In this document: positions 14,531 through 23,531 of the stretch, piece after piece
How positions within the stretch are numbered: position 1 is the stretch's first letter
Layout of the letters: the number at the start of each line of letters is the position of its first letter
Virus record (IMG/VR): IMGVR_UViG_3300045988_095718
Location: 1-40,021 of that record
Direction: 5' to 3' (one strand)
DNA length: 40,021 nt
Origin: a virus
Notes under the pieces: generated by a model
Database searches by the model: none
Told to the model about the DNA's origin: nothing
The model's input: the letters and a program-made list of their open reading frames with translations, nothing else
Made by a program: the position numbers and the translations under genes

Positions 14531-15136
14531 ATGAATCTTGAGGTGCGGGAGTTCCCGATTTCCGAACTCCACACGTATCGTCGTAATCCACGTCGCGGTG
14601 ACGTGGATGCCATCGCATCCTCTCTGCGCAAGCGTGGCCAGTATCGTCCGATTGTGGTGAATATCGGCACGAACGCTTCGAAGCAGATGGAGATTCTAGC
14701 CGGCAATCACACGTATCTCGCTGCGAAGCAGCTCGGCTGGAAGACCATTCAGGCAACCACGGTCGATGTTGACGACGATCAGGCTGCACAGATCGTGCTG
14801 GCTGATAATCGTCTAGCCGATTTAGGTGGCTATGACGAGGCTGATTTGGCTGTCATCCTCCAGTCGGTGTCCGACCTTGAGGGCACTGGATATTCCGAGG
14901 ATGATTTGAAGACGATTCTTGCATCCGCAGGCAAGCCGTCCATATTGAATGACCCCGATGATGCGCCAGACGTGCCCGATGATGCGCCAGACGTGCCCGA
15001 TGATGGCAAGACGTTCACCAAGGAAGGCCAGATTTGGGAGCTAGGCGACAGTGTTCTCGCCGTCGGCTCCTGCACTGATGACGCTCTCGTGGACAAAGCG
15101 TTTTTTTGGGGGGCAGGCGGATTGCGTCTGGACTGA
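14531..15136 (+). CDS. ParB-like N-terminal nuclease/DNA-binding domain, upstream half of a frameshift-split ParB-methyltransferase
   Basis: ParB-N-like RRNPRRGD and ILAGNHTYLAAKQLG. The frame ends 9 codons after the T7G6 tract. Confidence 0.75.
   Translation: MNLEVREFPISELHTYRRNPRRGDVDAIASSLRKRGQYRPIVVNIGTNASKQMEILAGNHTYLAAKQLGWKTIQATTVDVDDDQAAQIVLADNRLADLGGYDEADLAVILQSVSDLEGTGYSEDDLKTILASAGKPSILNDPDDAPDVPDDAPDVPDDGKTFTKEGQIWELGDSVLAVGSCTDDALVDKAFFWGAGGLRLD
14957..15006 (+). repeat. 21-bp in-frame tandem repeat x2.4 (encodes DDAPDVP) in the ParB-MTase linker
   Basis: GATGATGCGCCAGACGTGCCC at 14957-14977 and 14978-14998, then a partial unit GATGATGG. Confidence 0.9.
15101..15113 (+). repeat. 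Homopolymer tract T7G6 at the ParB/MTase frame junction
   Basis: TTTTTTTGGGGGG read directly. Loss of one T or one G, or a +1 slip, fuses the two frames. Confidence 0.9.
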
Positions 15137-15785
15137 CCCGCCGTATGGCGTCTCGTATGAAGGCAAGACGAAGGATAAGCTGACCATTCAGAACGATTCC
15201 GGCGTGGATTTCCAGGAGGTAGTCGCCGACGCCTTCCTTCAGATAGTCCGATGCTCCAAGCCTGGCACTCCGGCATATGTGGCTCACTCCGACACGGCAA
15301 GGCCGTTCTTCCAGGAGGCGTTCGAGGCCGCAGGCTGCATGTTCCGGGAGAACCTTGTCTGGGTAAAGAACACCATCGTCCTTGGTCATTCCGACTACCA
15401 GTGGAAGCATGAGCCGATTCTTTACGGGTTCACTCCCGGTGGCACCGGAAGGCTTGGCCGTGGCGGCGACCACTGGTACGGCGATAACAAGCAGGCCACG
15501 GTATTCGAGTTTGACAAGCCCTCACGCAACGCGGAGCACCCGACCATGAAGCCAGTCGGGCTTATCGAGGCGATGATAAGCAACTCATGCCCGCCTGGCG
15601 GCACCGTTTTCGACCCGTTCGGAGGATCGGGAAGCACTCTTATAGCCGCATATGATTTGAAGATGCGCGCCGTGCTTTGCGAGCTTGACCCTCGATATGG
15701 CGATGTCATCTGCCGACGTTTCCAAGAGCACACTGGCATCATTCCACGCTGTGACGGCAAGGAGCATGATTTTACCACTGAGTGA
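15108..15785 (+). CDS. Beta-class N6-adenine (DPPY) DNA methyltransferase domain, downstream half of the split ParB-MTase
   Basis: Motif IV TDPPYGV precedes motif I FDPFGGSGST. The reading frame is open from 15051, with no independent RBS seen. Confidence 0.8.
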   Translation, partial: GGQADCVWTDPPYGVSYEGKTKDKLTIQNDSGVDFQEVVADAFLQIVRCSKPGTPAYVAHSDTARPFFQEAFEAAGCMFRENLVWVKNTIVLGHSDYQWKHEPILYGFTPGGTGRLGRGGDHWYGDNKQATVFEFDKPSRNAEHPTMKPVGLIEAMISNSCPPGGTVFDPFGGSGSTLIAAYDLKMRAVLCELDPRYGDVICRRFQEHTGIIPRCDGKEHDFTTE

Positions 15786-15793
15786 GGTGTCCG

Positions 15794-16420
15794 ATGCCTG
15801 CTGACAAGGACAGGAAAGCACTGAAGCTGTTCTCCGCTTCCATGAGCATTGCCGAGATTCGTGACGAGCTGGGGTTCCGCGACGTTAAGTCTGCCGAGAA
15901 CGCGATCCGTCGCGTTTTGAAGGAGAATCAGCGTGGTAAGGATGTGGATACTGAGCGGCAGGTGGAGCTTGACCGCTTGGATAATCTTTATCGCGCAGCG
16001 TATCCGCGTGCGCTCAAGGGCGACGCGAGGATGATTGACAAGTGTCTTTCCATCGGCGAGCAGCGCATGCGTCTGCTTGATGCTCCAGAGAAGCGTGAGA
16101 ATGGTCTGCTGCAGGCGTATGAGAAGACGATCGATGGGCTGGGGGAGTCTATCGGAGATGCTGACACGGCTCTTGTGCAGTCCGGTCGTATGATTTGTGC
16201 GCAGATCGATTACGCGGTGGCGCATGGTACTGGGGTGGAGGTGACGAAGGCCCTGTATCTGGTGCCGCATTTGATGAATGTGCTCACGCAGCTTGGTGCC
16301 ACGCCTTCTTCTCGTAACGCTTTGGCTGGCGAGGCTCGGCAAGCCACGTCTAATACCGCTTCGTTATCTTCCAGTTCGAAGATCGTGCAGATGGATGAGT
16401 TTATGAAGCGTTTCGGCTGA
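15794..16420 (+). CDS. Terminase small subunit
   Basis: N-terminal HTH-like SIAEIRDELGFRDVKSAENAIRR. Located immediately upstream of the large terminase gene. Confidence 0.65.
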   Translation: MPADKDRKALKLFSASMSIAEIRDELGFRDVKSAENAIRRVLKENQRGKDVDTERQVELDRLDNLYRAAYPRALKGDARMIDKCLSIGEQRMRLLDAPEKRENGLLQAYEKTIDGLGESIGDADTALVQSGRMICAQIDYAVAHGTGVEVTKALYLVPHLMNVLTQLGATPSSRNALAGEARQATSNTASLSSSSKIVQMDEFMKRFG

Positions 16421-16430
16421 GGAGGTTGCG

Positions 16431-18050
16431 ATGGCGTCTGAGAATCTTACGGTTTTCGGTGCCATCGACGATGAGAGGCATGGCGTGACCCTGCCGCGCA
16501 TCTTCACTCCGCCGCTCAGGCCGTTGACGAGGGAGACGAGCAATGGTTTCGCGGTGATCGCGTTCGCGGAAATCATGCTGCACGTGCATCTCTATCCGTG
16601 GCAGCAGTGGCTGCTCGTCCATGCGCTCGAACTGCTGGAGGATGGCAGCTATCGTTTCCGCAAGGTCATCGTGCTTGTGGCCAGACAGAACGGCAAGACC
16701 ACGCTGATGGGCGTGCTGGCCGCATGGTGGCTGTTCGTGGACTCCAACAAGCATCCCGACCGAGTGCCGCCGGTGAAATTCCTCGTGGTCGGTGCCGCGC
16801 AGACATTGGACAACGCGAAAGGTCCTTACAATCAGGTCAAGGAATGGTGCAATCCTCAGCCTTCTACCGACGAGGAAGCGGATCTGGTGATTCCGGATCT
16901 CGCCGCGATGACGCAGAAATTCGTGAACACGAACGGCGAGGAAGCGATCATCACCCGCTCGAAGGCGCGGTACATAGTCCGTGCCGACAAGAACATTCGA
17001 GCCAAGTCGGCGGCGCGTGTCGTGTTCGATGAGTTGCGTGAGCAGCATACGGACGATGGCTGGAATGCGGTGTCGCAGACCACGAAGGCCGTCTGGTCGA
17101 GCCAGTTGTGGGGCATTTCGAACGCTGGCGATTATCGCAGCGTCGCGCTTCGCAAGCAGGTGGACAAGGGCCGAAAGCTTGTTGACGAGTGGACGCGTCT
17201 GAGTGCAGACGGTGGCAATCCGGCCGACGTGTTCCTGTCCGGCGAACAGGACGGCAGCTTCGGATATTTCGAGTGGAGTGCGCCTGACAAGTGTCCGGTG
17301 GATGACGCCGATGCTATTCGCCAGGCGAATCCGTCGCTCGGCTATGGGCCGATGACTGTTATGTCGGTTCGGTCCGATATCGATGGCATGACCGAGGCCG
17401 CGTTCCGTACGGAAGTCCTGTGCCAGTGGGTCACGGCTGACATCATTCCTTTCATCAACCCGAAAATGTGGGCCAGCGGCATCGACTCGCGTTCCACGAT
17501 TCCGAATGAGAATCGAGTGGTGCTGTCCGTGGATACGAGCGCGGACAGGAAGACCACGTATGTGGCCGCAGCTGGAATGCGTGCGGACGGTTTGCCGCAT
17601 GTGGAGTTGATCGCTCGCCGTGACGGCATGCTGTGGGTGCCGCATTATCTCGACCTGCTGCAGGAGCGTTGGCCGCATATCACGGAGATCGCCGTGCAGG
17701 GCAAAGGCTGTCCGGCAGTGGACTTCATCGACCCGCTCGCCGAAAAAGGGTGGACGGTGCATCTCATCGAAGGCTTCCGCCTCGGCGCGTGCTGCGGCCG
17801 CTTCCTGGACCGTGTGCGCGAGGGCAAACTACGGCATCTTCCGCAGCCCGCCATCGAACAGCAGGTTCCCGTGGCCGTGTCACGGCGTCTTGGCGAGGTC
17901 GAGGTGTGGGACCGCACCAAGTCCGCATTGCAGATTTCCGGCTTGGTGGCCGAATCGCAGGCATTGTACGCCTTGGAGACCATGCAGGCCGTGGATGTCG
18001 AACCGGCGAAGGCTTCCGCCTATTCGGGGCATGGATTGATGATTCTTTGA
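16431..18050 (+). CDS. Terminase large subunit
   Basis: Walker A VARQNGKT. 539 aa. GAGGAGG RBS. Synteny with the portal gene. Confidence 0.85.
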   Translation: MASENLTVFGAIDDERHGVTLPRIFTPPLRPLTRETSNGFAVIAFAEIMLHVHLYPWQQWLLVHALELLEDGSYRFRKVIVLVARQNGKTTLMGVLAAWWLFVDSNKHPDRVPPVKFLVVGAAQTLDNAKGPYNQVKEWCNPQPSTDEEADLVIPDLAAMTQKFVNTNGEEAIITRSKARYIVRADKNIRAKSAARVVFDELREQHTDDGWNAVSQTTKAVWSSQLWGISNAGDYRSVALRKQVDKGRKLVDEWTRLSADGGNPADVFLSGEQDGSFGYFEWSAPDKCPVDDADAIRQANPSLGYGPMTVMSVRSDIDGMTEAAFRTEVLCQWVTADIIPFINPKMWASGIDSRSTIPNENRVVLSVDTSADRKTTYVAAAGMRADGLPHVELIARRDGMLWVPHYLDLLQERWPHITEIAVQGKGCPAVDFIDPLAEKGWTVHLIEGFRLGACCGRFLDRVREGKLRHLPQPAIEQQVPVAVSRRLGEVEVWDRTKSALQISGLVAESQALYALETMQAVDVEPAKASAYSGHGLMIL

Positions 18051-18076
18051 TTTTTTGAAGCGATTGGAGGTGCCTT

Positions 18077-19588
18077 ATGGGCCTTTGGAGCGCCTTGAGG
18101 AACGTTTTCCAGCCGCGCTACAGCATTTCCTTTGATTTGTCCGACCAGATGGCCGTGATTCAGGGTCAGACGGAGGCCGAGCTTTTCAAGACACAGCCGC
18201 ATTTGCGTACCGTGATTACTTTCCTGGCGCGGAATGTCGCTCAGGTCGGCTTGAAGGAATTCGAGCGTGTCAGCGATACGGACAGGCAGCGTGTGACCGA
18301 TGATGTGCTGATAAATCTGCTGAAGCAGCCGAACGGCACGATGACGGGCTATGAGTTGATGCGTCAGCTTGTGGCTGACTTGGCGCTTTACGATAACGCC
18401 TACTGGGTTGTCATGCAGACGCCTGATCGGGATGCCGATAAGTTCGGTAGCTGGCAGATTCAGCCGATTCCGCCATGCTGGGTGCAGGCGAAGCGTGATG
18501 GCAGTGTGTTCCAGCCGGCCTATTATCGCGTTTATCCTAATTTGGGCACGTCATACTATGATGTGCCGGCCGACGACATGCTTGTGTTCCACGGGTGGAA
18601 TCCGGACGACCCGACGCAGGGCGTTACTCCCGTGAGGGCCTTGAAGGACATTATCAGCGAGCAGATTCAGGCATGGTCGTATCGCACTCAGGTGTGGAAG
18701 CGCGGCGGCCGTATCGGCAGCGTGCTGGTGCGTCCGAAGGATGCGCCGGAATGGAATGACGCCGACCGCGAACGTTTCATGCGCGGGTGGAAGGAATTCA
18801 CCGACAAGGGAGCGCAGGCCGGTGCCACGCCATTGCTTGAGGATGGCATGGAGTTGAAGCGTTTGGGCTTCAATGCTCGCGAGGAGGAATTCAGCGAGGT
18901 CACGAAGCTTTCGCTGTCCACCGTCGCAAGCGTCTACCACGTCTCGCCTGTCATGGTCGGCATCCTTGATAACGCAAATTTCTCAAATACCAAGGAATTC
19001 CGCAAGATGCTGTATTCCGAGACGCTTGGTCCGACCATGCGCATGATCGAGGACAGGATAAACACTTTCCTCGCTCCGAAGGTCGGTGCGCCGGACGCGA
19101 ATTACATCGAATTCGACATCCGCAGCAAGCTTTCCGGCGATTTCGAGGAGCAGGCCAGTGTGATGAGTACTTCGGTGGGAGCTCCGTGGATTACGCCGAA
19201 TGAGGCGCGCGCCAGTCAGAATCTGCCGCGCGTCGATGGCGGTGACGAACTGGTTGTGCCGCTCAATGTCACCAAGGGCGGCCAGTCAAGTCCGCAGGAT
19301 GGAGGTGACCCGTCGCGTCCAGCCGACGGTTCGGCCATTGAATCGGATGACGGCGAGAAAACAGCCGTCATCGTCAATACTTGGCATGACCGCCTGGAGA
19401 AGAGCGTCAGATCACGTTTCGGCGCCGGTATGGGCGTCGATGACATCAAATGGCTCAAATGGCAGAACGAACTGCAGGCCGACCTGACCATCAAGGCCGG
19501 TTTGGGGCAATTCGATGCCGGTGTGAGGGCATTGCAGGAGACGGAGGACATGCGAACGCATTTCAAGGAGGTGCATGATGCACTTTAA
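18077..19588 (+). CDS. Portal protein (HK97-type)
   Basis: 503 aa, located between the terminase and the prohead protease. Confidence 0.8.
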   Translation: MGLWSALRNVFQPRYSISFDLSDQMAVIQGQTEAELFKTQPHLRTVITFLARNVAQVGLKEFERVSDTDRQRVTDDVLINLLKQPNGTMTGYELMRQLVADLALYDNAYWVVMQTPDRDADKFGSWQIQPIPPCWVQAKRDGSVFQPAYYRVYPNLGTSYYDVPADDMLVFHGWNPDDPTQGVTPVRALKDIISEQIQAWSYRTQVWKRGGRIGSVLVRPKDAPEWNDADRERFMRGWKEFTDKGAQAGATPLLEDGMELKRLGFNAREEEFSEVTKLSLSTVASVYHVSPVMVGILDNANFSNTKEFRKMLYSETLGPTMRMIEDRINTFLAPKVGAPDANYIEFDIRSKLSGDFEEQASVMSTSVGAPWITPNEARASQNLPRVDGGDELVVPLNVTKGGQSSPQDGGDPSRPADGSAIESDDGEKTAVIVNTWHDRLEKSVRSRFGAGMGVDDIKWLKWQNELQADLTIKAGLGQFDAGVRALQETEDMRTHFKEVHDAL

Positions 19589-20378
19589 GGATTTCGATTG
19601 CCGATTCAAGGCAGACGGCGAGGACGCGGCGCTCAAGGACGGCGAATTCATCGCCTACCCTTCCACTTTCACCCGCGAACCCGACTGTTACGGTGACGTG
19701 GTGGCGAACGGCGCGTTCGACAAGACGATCAAGGCATGGCAGGACAGCGGCAACACGCTGCCGGTATTGTATGGGCATCGTATGGATGACCCCGATTACA
19801 ACATCGGCGGCGTCGATTCGATGGGCGAGGACGATCACGGCTGGTGGATTAAAGGCCATTTCGACATGGACTCTCCGAAGGCCGCGCAGGTCTACCACCT
19901 GATCAAGGAAAAGCGTCTGACACAACTGTCCTTCGCATTCGACGTGGTGGACGAGGGCGAGGTTGAGCTTGATGACGGCACCAAGGCAAACGAACTGCGC
20001 GAATTGAAGGTGTATGAGGCATCCTTCGTCCCGATCGGCGCGAATCAGGATACCGGCATCGTGGACGTGAAGGACGCGCTGAGCCGGTTGAAGACCGGAC
20101 GCCCCCTCTCGCAGAAGAATCTAGACATTCTCTCGCAGATCGCCGATGACCTGACAGGTCAGGCGAAGAAGCTCAAAGATTTCGTGGCTGAGAACACCAC
20201 TCAGTCCGACAACAACAATGACAATGACCAGAGTGACGATGCGAAGGCATCGGATGCCGGTGCAGCCAAGAACGAGGAGCCTGAAGGGGTCAAGTCCGAG
20301 GAGCCGGACGGTTTTTCCGAAGCGGAAGCGTTGCAACTCGCAATCAAGATTGCCCGCATCGGGCGGAAAGGGGAGTGA
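19575..20378 (+). CDS. Prohead (HK97-type) serine protease with an acidic C-terminal tail
   Basis: FIAYPSTF..DCYGDVV..GAFDKT..LPVLYGH resembles the HK97 protease family. Located between portal and capsid genes. Confidence 0.8.
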   Translation: MMHFKDFDCRFKADGEDAALKDGEFIAYPSTFTREPDCYGDVVANGAFDKTIKAWQDSGNTLPVLYGHRMDDPDYNIGGVDSMGEDDHGWWIKGHFDMDSPKAAQVYHLIKEKRLTQLSFAFDVVDEGEVELDDGTKANELRELKVYEASFVPIGANQDTGIVDVKDALSRLKTGRPLSQKNLDILSQIADDLTGQAKKLKDFVAENTTQSDNNNDNDQSDDAKASDAGAAKNEEPEGVKSEEPDGFSEAEALQLAIKIARIGRKGE

Positions 20379-20383
20379 CCGCA

Positions 20384-21568
20384 ATGGCATCTCTCAAGGA
20401 AAAGCGAGCCGCGCTTGTCAAGCAGCTCGAAGAGAAGCAGGGTCTGCTGGCCGCTGGCAAGGCGGATGGCGACACCATCGCATTCGTGAAGAACGCGCTG
20501 GCTGAGATCGAGGGCATCGACCGTCAGATGGACGGTATGAAGCAGACCGATGACCTGCTCACGCAGATCGGACAGCTCAATGCCAAGTCTGGCGTGCAGC
20601 ATATCGGTGGCTCCGATGCCATCCATGCCAAGAGCGTCGGCGAATATTACGTCAAGTCCATGCAGACGGCGGGCTTTGACGTGAAGTCCGCCATCGCTCA
20701 TGGCTACGAGGTCGAGTGCAAGGCGAACACCGACACCAATGTCGAGGGTGCGCCGTCTGCCGGTTACACGCCGTATCTGACCCAGACTGATACCGAGCCT
20801 GCTCGCCCGTATCAGCGTCCGCTGGTTGTGGCCGACCTGTTCTCTACCGGCGCCATCACCGGCACCGTCCTGCAGTATCCGGTTTTCGATGAGCTGGAAG
20901 GCAACGCCAAGATGGTCGAGGAGACCGGCGCAGCCCCGCAGGTCCATTGGAAGGACCCGACTTGGAAGCAGGACAAGATCGGCAAGGTGGCCAGCTTCTT
21001 CGGCATCAGCGAGGACATGATGGATGATCTGTCCTGGGTCATCGGCGAAATCAACGACGCCGCGCAGTATGACCTGAAGCTGCAGGAGGAATCGCAGCTG
21101 CTGTCCGGCGATGGCAGTGAAAACAATCTGACCGGCCTGTTCAACCGTGGAATTCAGACGATAGATAAGGATGAACTGTCCGACGCCGACCGTCTGTCCA
21201 AGGCGGCCCTGCAGATCACCACCACCACCAACTTCCAAGCCGACGCCTACGTGATGAACCCGCTTGACTTCTGGAAGCTGACCATCGCCAAGGATGCGAA
21301 CGGCAACTACCTCAACCTGACCGATGGGGCCAAGCTTTGGAACATCCCGACCGTGGCCACCGCCGCCATCACCGAAGGCACCGCGCTGGTCGGCGCCTTC
21401 AAGAGCGCCAAGGTGCTGCGCAAGGGCGGTCTGGTCGTGAAGATGACCGACTCCGACACCGACGATTTCCTGCACTTCAAGCAGAAGTGCCGCGTCTCCG
21501 AGCGTCTGGGCCTGCAGGTCAAGTATCCAAAGGCCTTCGTGAAGGTCACTCTCGGTAAGGCGGCCTGA
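20384..21568 (+). CDS. Major capsid protein (HK97 fold)
   Basis: ATG 20384 follows GGAAAGGGGAG. N-terminal coiled-coil delta-like region. 394 aa. Synteny. Confidence 0.85.
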   Translation: MASLKEKRAALVKQLEEKQGLLAAGKADGDTIAFVKNALAEIEGIDRQMDGMKQTDDLLTQIGQLNAKSGVQHIGGSDAIHAKSVGEYYVKSMQTAGFDVKSAIAHGYEVECKANTDTNVEGAPSAGYTPYLTQTDTEPARPYQRPLVVADLFSTGAITGTVLQYPVFDELEGNAKMVEETGAAPQVHWKDPTWKQDKIGKVASFFGISEDMMDDLSWVIGEINDAAQYDLKLQEESQLLSGDGSENNLTGLFNRGIQTIDKDELSDADRLSKAALQITTTTNFQADAYVMNPLDFWKLTIAKDANGNYLNLTDGAKLWNIPTVATAAITEGTALVGAFKSAKVLRKGGLVVKMTDSDTDDFLHFKQKCRVSERLGLQVKYPKAFVKVTLGKAA

Positions 21569-21570
21569 TC

Positions 21571-21807
21571 ATGACGCAGAAGTACGTGCGCTTCGCCACT
21601 CCGAAAGAGACGAACGTCGACAAGACACAGGACGTGGCGGAGCTTGTGGCGCTTGACGCCAAGGGCAAACCGGTCACCATCGGCGGTGCCGCCTCTCTTC
21701 CGGTGGCGAAGAATGTGCCAAAGGCAGCTTCTGACGCGCCGACCAAGCAGGAATTCGATGCGCTTATCGATTCTCTGGTGGCCGCTGGCCTGATGGCAGC
21801 CAAGTAA
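21571..21807 (+). CDS. Small head-associated protein, 78 aa
   Basis: Located directly after the capsid gene. Confidence 0.55.
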   Translation: MTQKYVRFATPKETNVDKTQDVAELVALDAKGKPVTIGGAASLPVAKNVPKAASDAPTKQEFDALIDSLVAAGLMAAK

Positions 21808-21824
21808 GTGATTGGGGGTGCGGC

Positions 21825-22370
21825 ATGACTGCCGTGATTGGTGATCTGATTCCAAGCGCCGACTCTTTCCAAGTCGATGCCGGTTTCAAGATGAGGGCCG
21901 CTCAGGCTGCGATTCGCAAGTATTGCGGCTGGCATGTCGCGCCTTCCGTCACCCGCACGATTCGCTTGGATGGTCATGGCGGCGACTCGCTGCTCTTGCC
22001 ATCCAAGCATGTGACCGCGCTCTCGAGCCTCAAGCTCGATGGCGTGGAGCACGTGCAGGACGCGCGTTTCGGCGAGGCTGGGAGCCTCGTGCTGGTCAAT
22101 GGCGTCGCCTTCCCTGATCTGCCGGGGAGTGTGGAAGCGACCATCACTGATGGCTGGGATTTGGAGGATGTGCCGGAAGTGCAGATGATCCTGCTGGACA
22201 TCGCGTCTCGTGTGATGCAGGTGCCCGGCACGGTATCCTCCCAATCCACGAATGGCTCAAGCGTCACCTACCGGTCGGGTTCCGATGGTGGCGTGCCTAA
22301 CGTGGCGCTTTTCGATTCCGAGAAGCGCACGCTGCAGCCTTACCGCTTGTCGTGGGGGGTGAAGCCGTGA
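21825..22370 (+). CDS. Head-tail connector/adaptor protein
   Basis: Call based on position and size within the connector block. Confidence 0.6.
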   Translation: MTAVIGDLIPSADSFQVDAGFKMRAAQAAIRKYCGWHVAPSVTRTIRLDGHGGDSLLLPSKHVTALSSLKLDGVEHVQDARFGEAGSLVLVNGVAFPDLPGSVEATITDGWDLEDVPEVQMILLDIASRVMQVPGTVSSQSTNGSSVTYRSGSDGGVPNVALFDSEKRTLQPYRLSWGVKP

Positions 22371-22762
22371 CTTCCGCGTTGGATTATCTCGGCCATGGCT
22401 CGTCCTTCAGCATGCCGGGCGCCACCAAATGGCGGCGACTGCGTGCGAGGAAAGTCGATGACCCGTATTCCGGCGAGCAGGCTGGCGAGGACTGGTCCAA
22501 TCCGGAAACTTTGGATTTCACCGGCGCCCTCGCCAGCTCCAGCAGCACGCGCACGCCCGACGGTCTGCGCGAGCATACCACGAGCACGGCTTACCTCACG
22601 TCTCCTGACACGTCCTTGGACATCATGCCGGGTGACAGGATTCGAGCGTTGCCGGATGACGGGCGATGTTGGGAGGTCAGCGGCTATCCGAGTCGTGACG
22701 CGAATGCTTTCGTGTCATGGCAGCCGACGGTCGAGATTCCACTATCCGAGTACAGGGGGTGA
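22367..22762 (+). CDS. Head closure / head-tail joining protein
   Basis: GTGA overlap start and synteny. Confidence 0.55.
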   Translation: MTSALDYLGHGSSFSMPGATKWRRLRARKVDDPYSGEQAGEDWSNPETLDFTGALASSSSTRTPDGLREHTTSTAYLTSPDTSLDIMPGDRIRALPDDGRCWEVSGYPSRDANAFVSWQPTVEIPLSEYRG

Positions 22763-22766
22763 CGTG

Positions 22767-23045
22767 ATGGGTGTGATGGTCAAATTCAATGACCGTTATT
22801 TCGACGAATTGATGAATTCGGCTGGCGTCAAGGCCATGACCCGTCGTGCCGCCGAGAAGACGCTCGCATATGCGCAATCGCATGCTCCGGTTGATACTGG
22901 AGCGTATCGCGATGGCCTCCAAATCGAGGAGGTCAAGCACGCGCATCGAACCACATGCATGGTGGTCGGCACTGATCCGAAGACCCTGCTCGTGGAATCG
23001 AAGACTGGCAATCTCCGCAAGGCGTTGAAGGCAGGCAAGTCGTGA
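22767..23045 (+). CDS. HK97 gp10-like tail completion protein
   Basis: HAPVDTGAYRDGL motif and synteny. Confidence 0.6.
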   Translation: MGVMVKFNDRYFDELMNSAGVKAMTRRAAEKTLAYAQSHAPVDTGAYRDGLQIEEVKHAHRTTCMVVGTDPKTLLVESKTGNLRKALKAGKS

Positions 23046-23461
23046 CCATGGTCCTGCCACCGGATCTTGAGCTTTGGCTGTGCTCGTATCTGCGCGCACG
23101 GTTGAAATCGTCTTTCCCGACGATCATCGTTTCGAATCGTGAGCCGGACGATTACGACGGCTCACGGCCGCTCGTCGTGGTGCGTGATGATGGCGGATCG
23201 CAGTCGAATCGCGTGCTCTTCGACCGGAGCGTCGGCGTGACCGTGCGTTATGGGGCTCGTGCCGCTCCGAAATCCTGCCGTGACTTGGCGGCACGGATCT
23301 ACGGCATGCTCACCGACCCCGATATTTGCTCGCTTGATGGTTCTCCGATCGCGGGCATTGATGAGGCTGGGTGCAATGGTCCGTATTTCGTGGCCGAGGA
23401 CGCGAATATCGCCAGATGCTATCTGGCTCTCGAATTCTCCGCTATTGGAAAATTCCAATAA
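23042..23461 (+). CDS. Tail terminator-like protein
   Basis: LPPDLELWLCSYLRARL N-terminus. It is the last gene before the major tail gene. Confidence 0.6.
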   Translation: MTMVLPPDLELWLCSYLRARLKSSFPTIIVSNREPDDYDGSRPLVVVRDDGGSQSNRVLFDRSVGVTVRYGARAAPKSCRDLAARIYGMLTDPDICSLDGSPIAGIDEAGCNGPYFVAEDANIARCYLALEFSAIGKFQ

Positions 23462-23481
23462 TTCAATAATTCTTAATTTTT

Positions 23482-23518
23482 AGGCGTTGAAACGTTTGTT
23501 TCAGCGCCTTTTTTGTTT
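23482..23518 (+). terminator. Strong stem-loop plus T-run immediately upstream of the major tail gene
   Basis: AGGCGTTGAAAC-GTTT-GTTTCAGCGCCT, a 12-bp stem followed by TTTTTGTTT. Confidence 0.65.
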
Positions 23519-23531
23519 GAAAGGACAAAAT

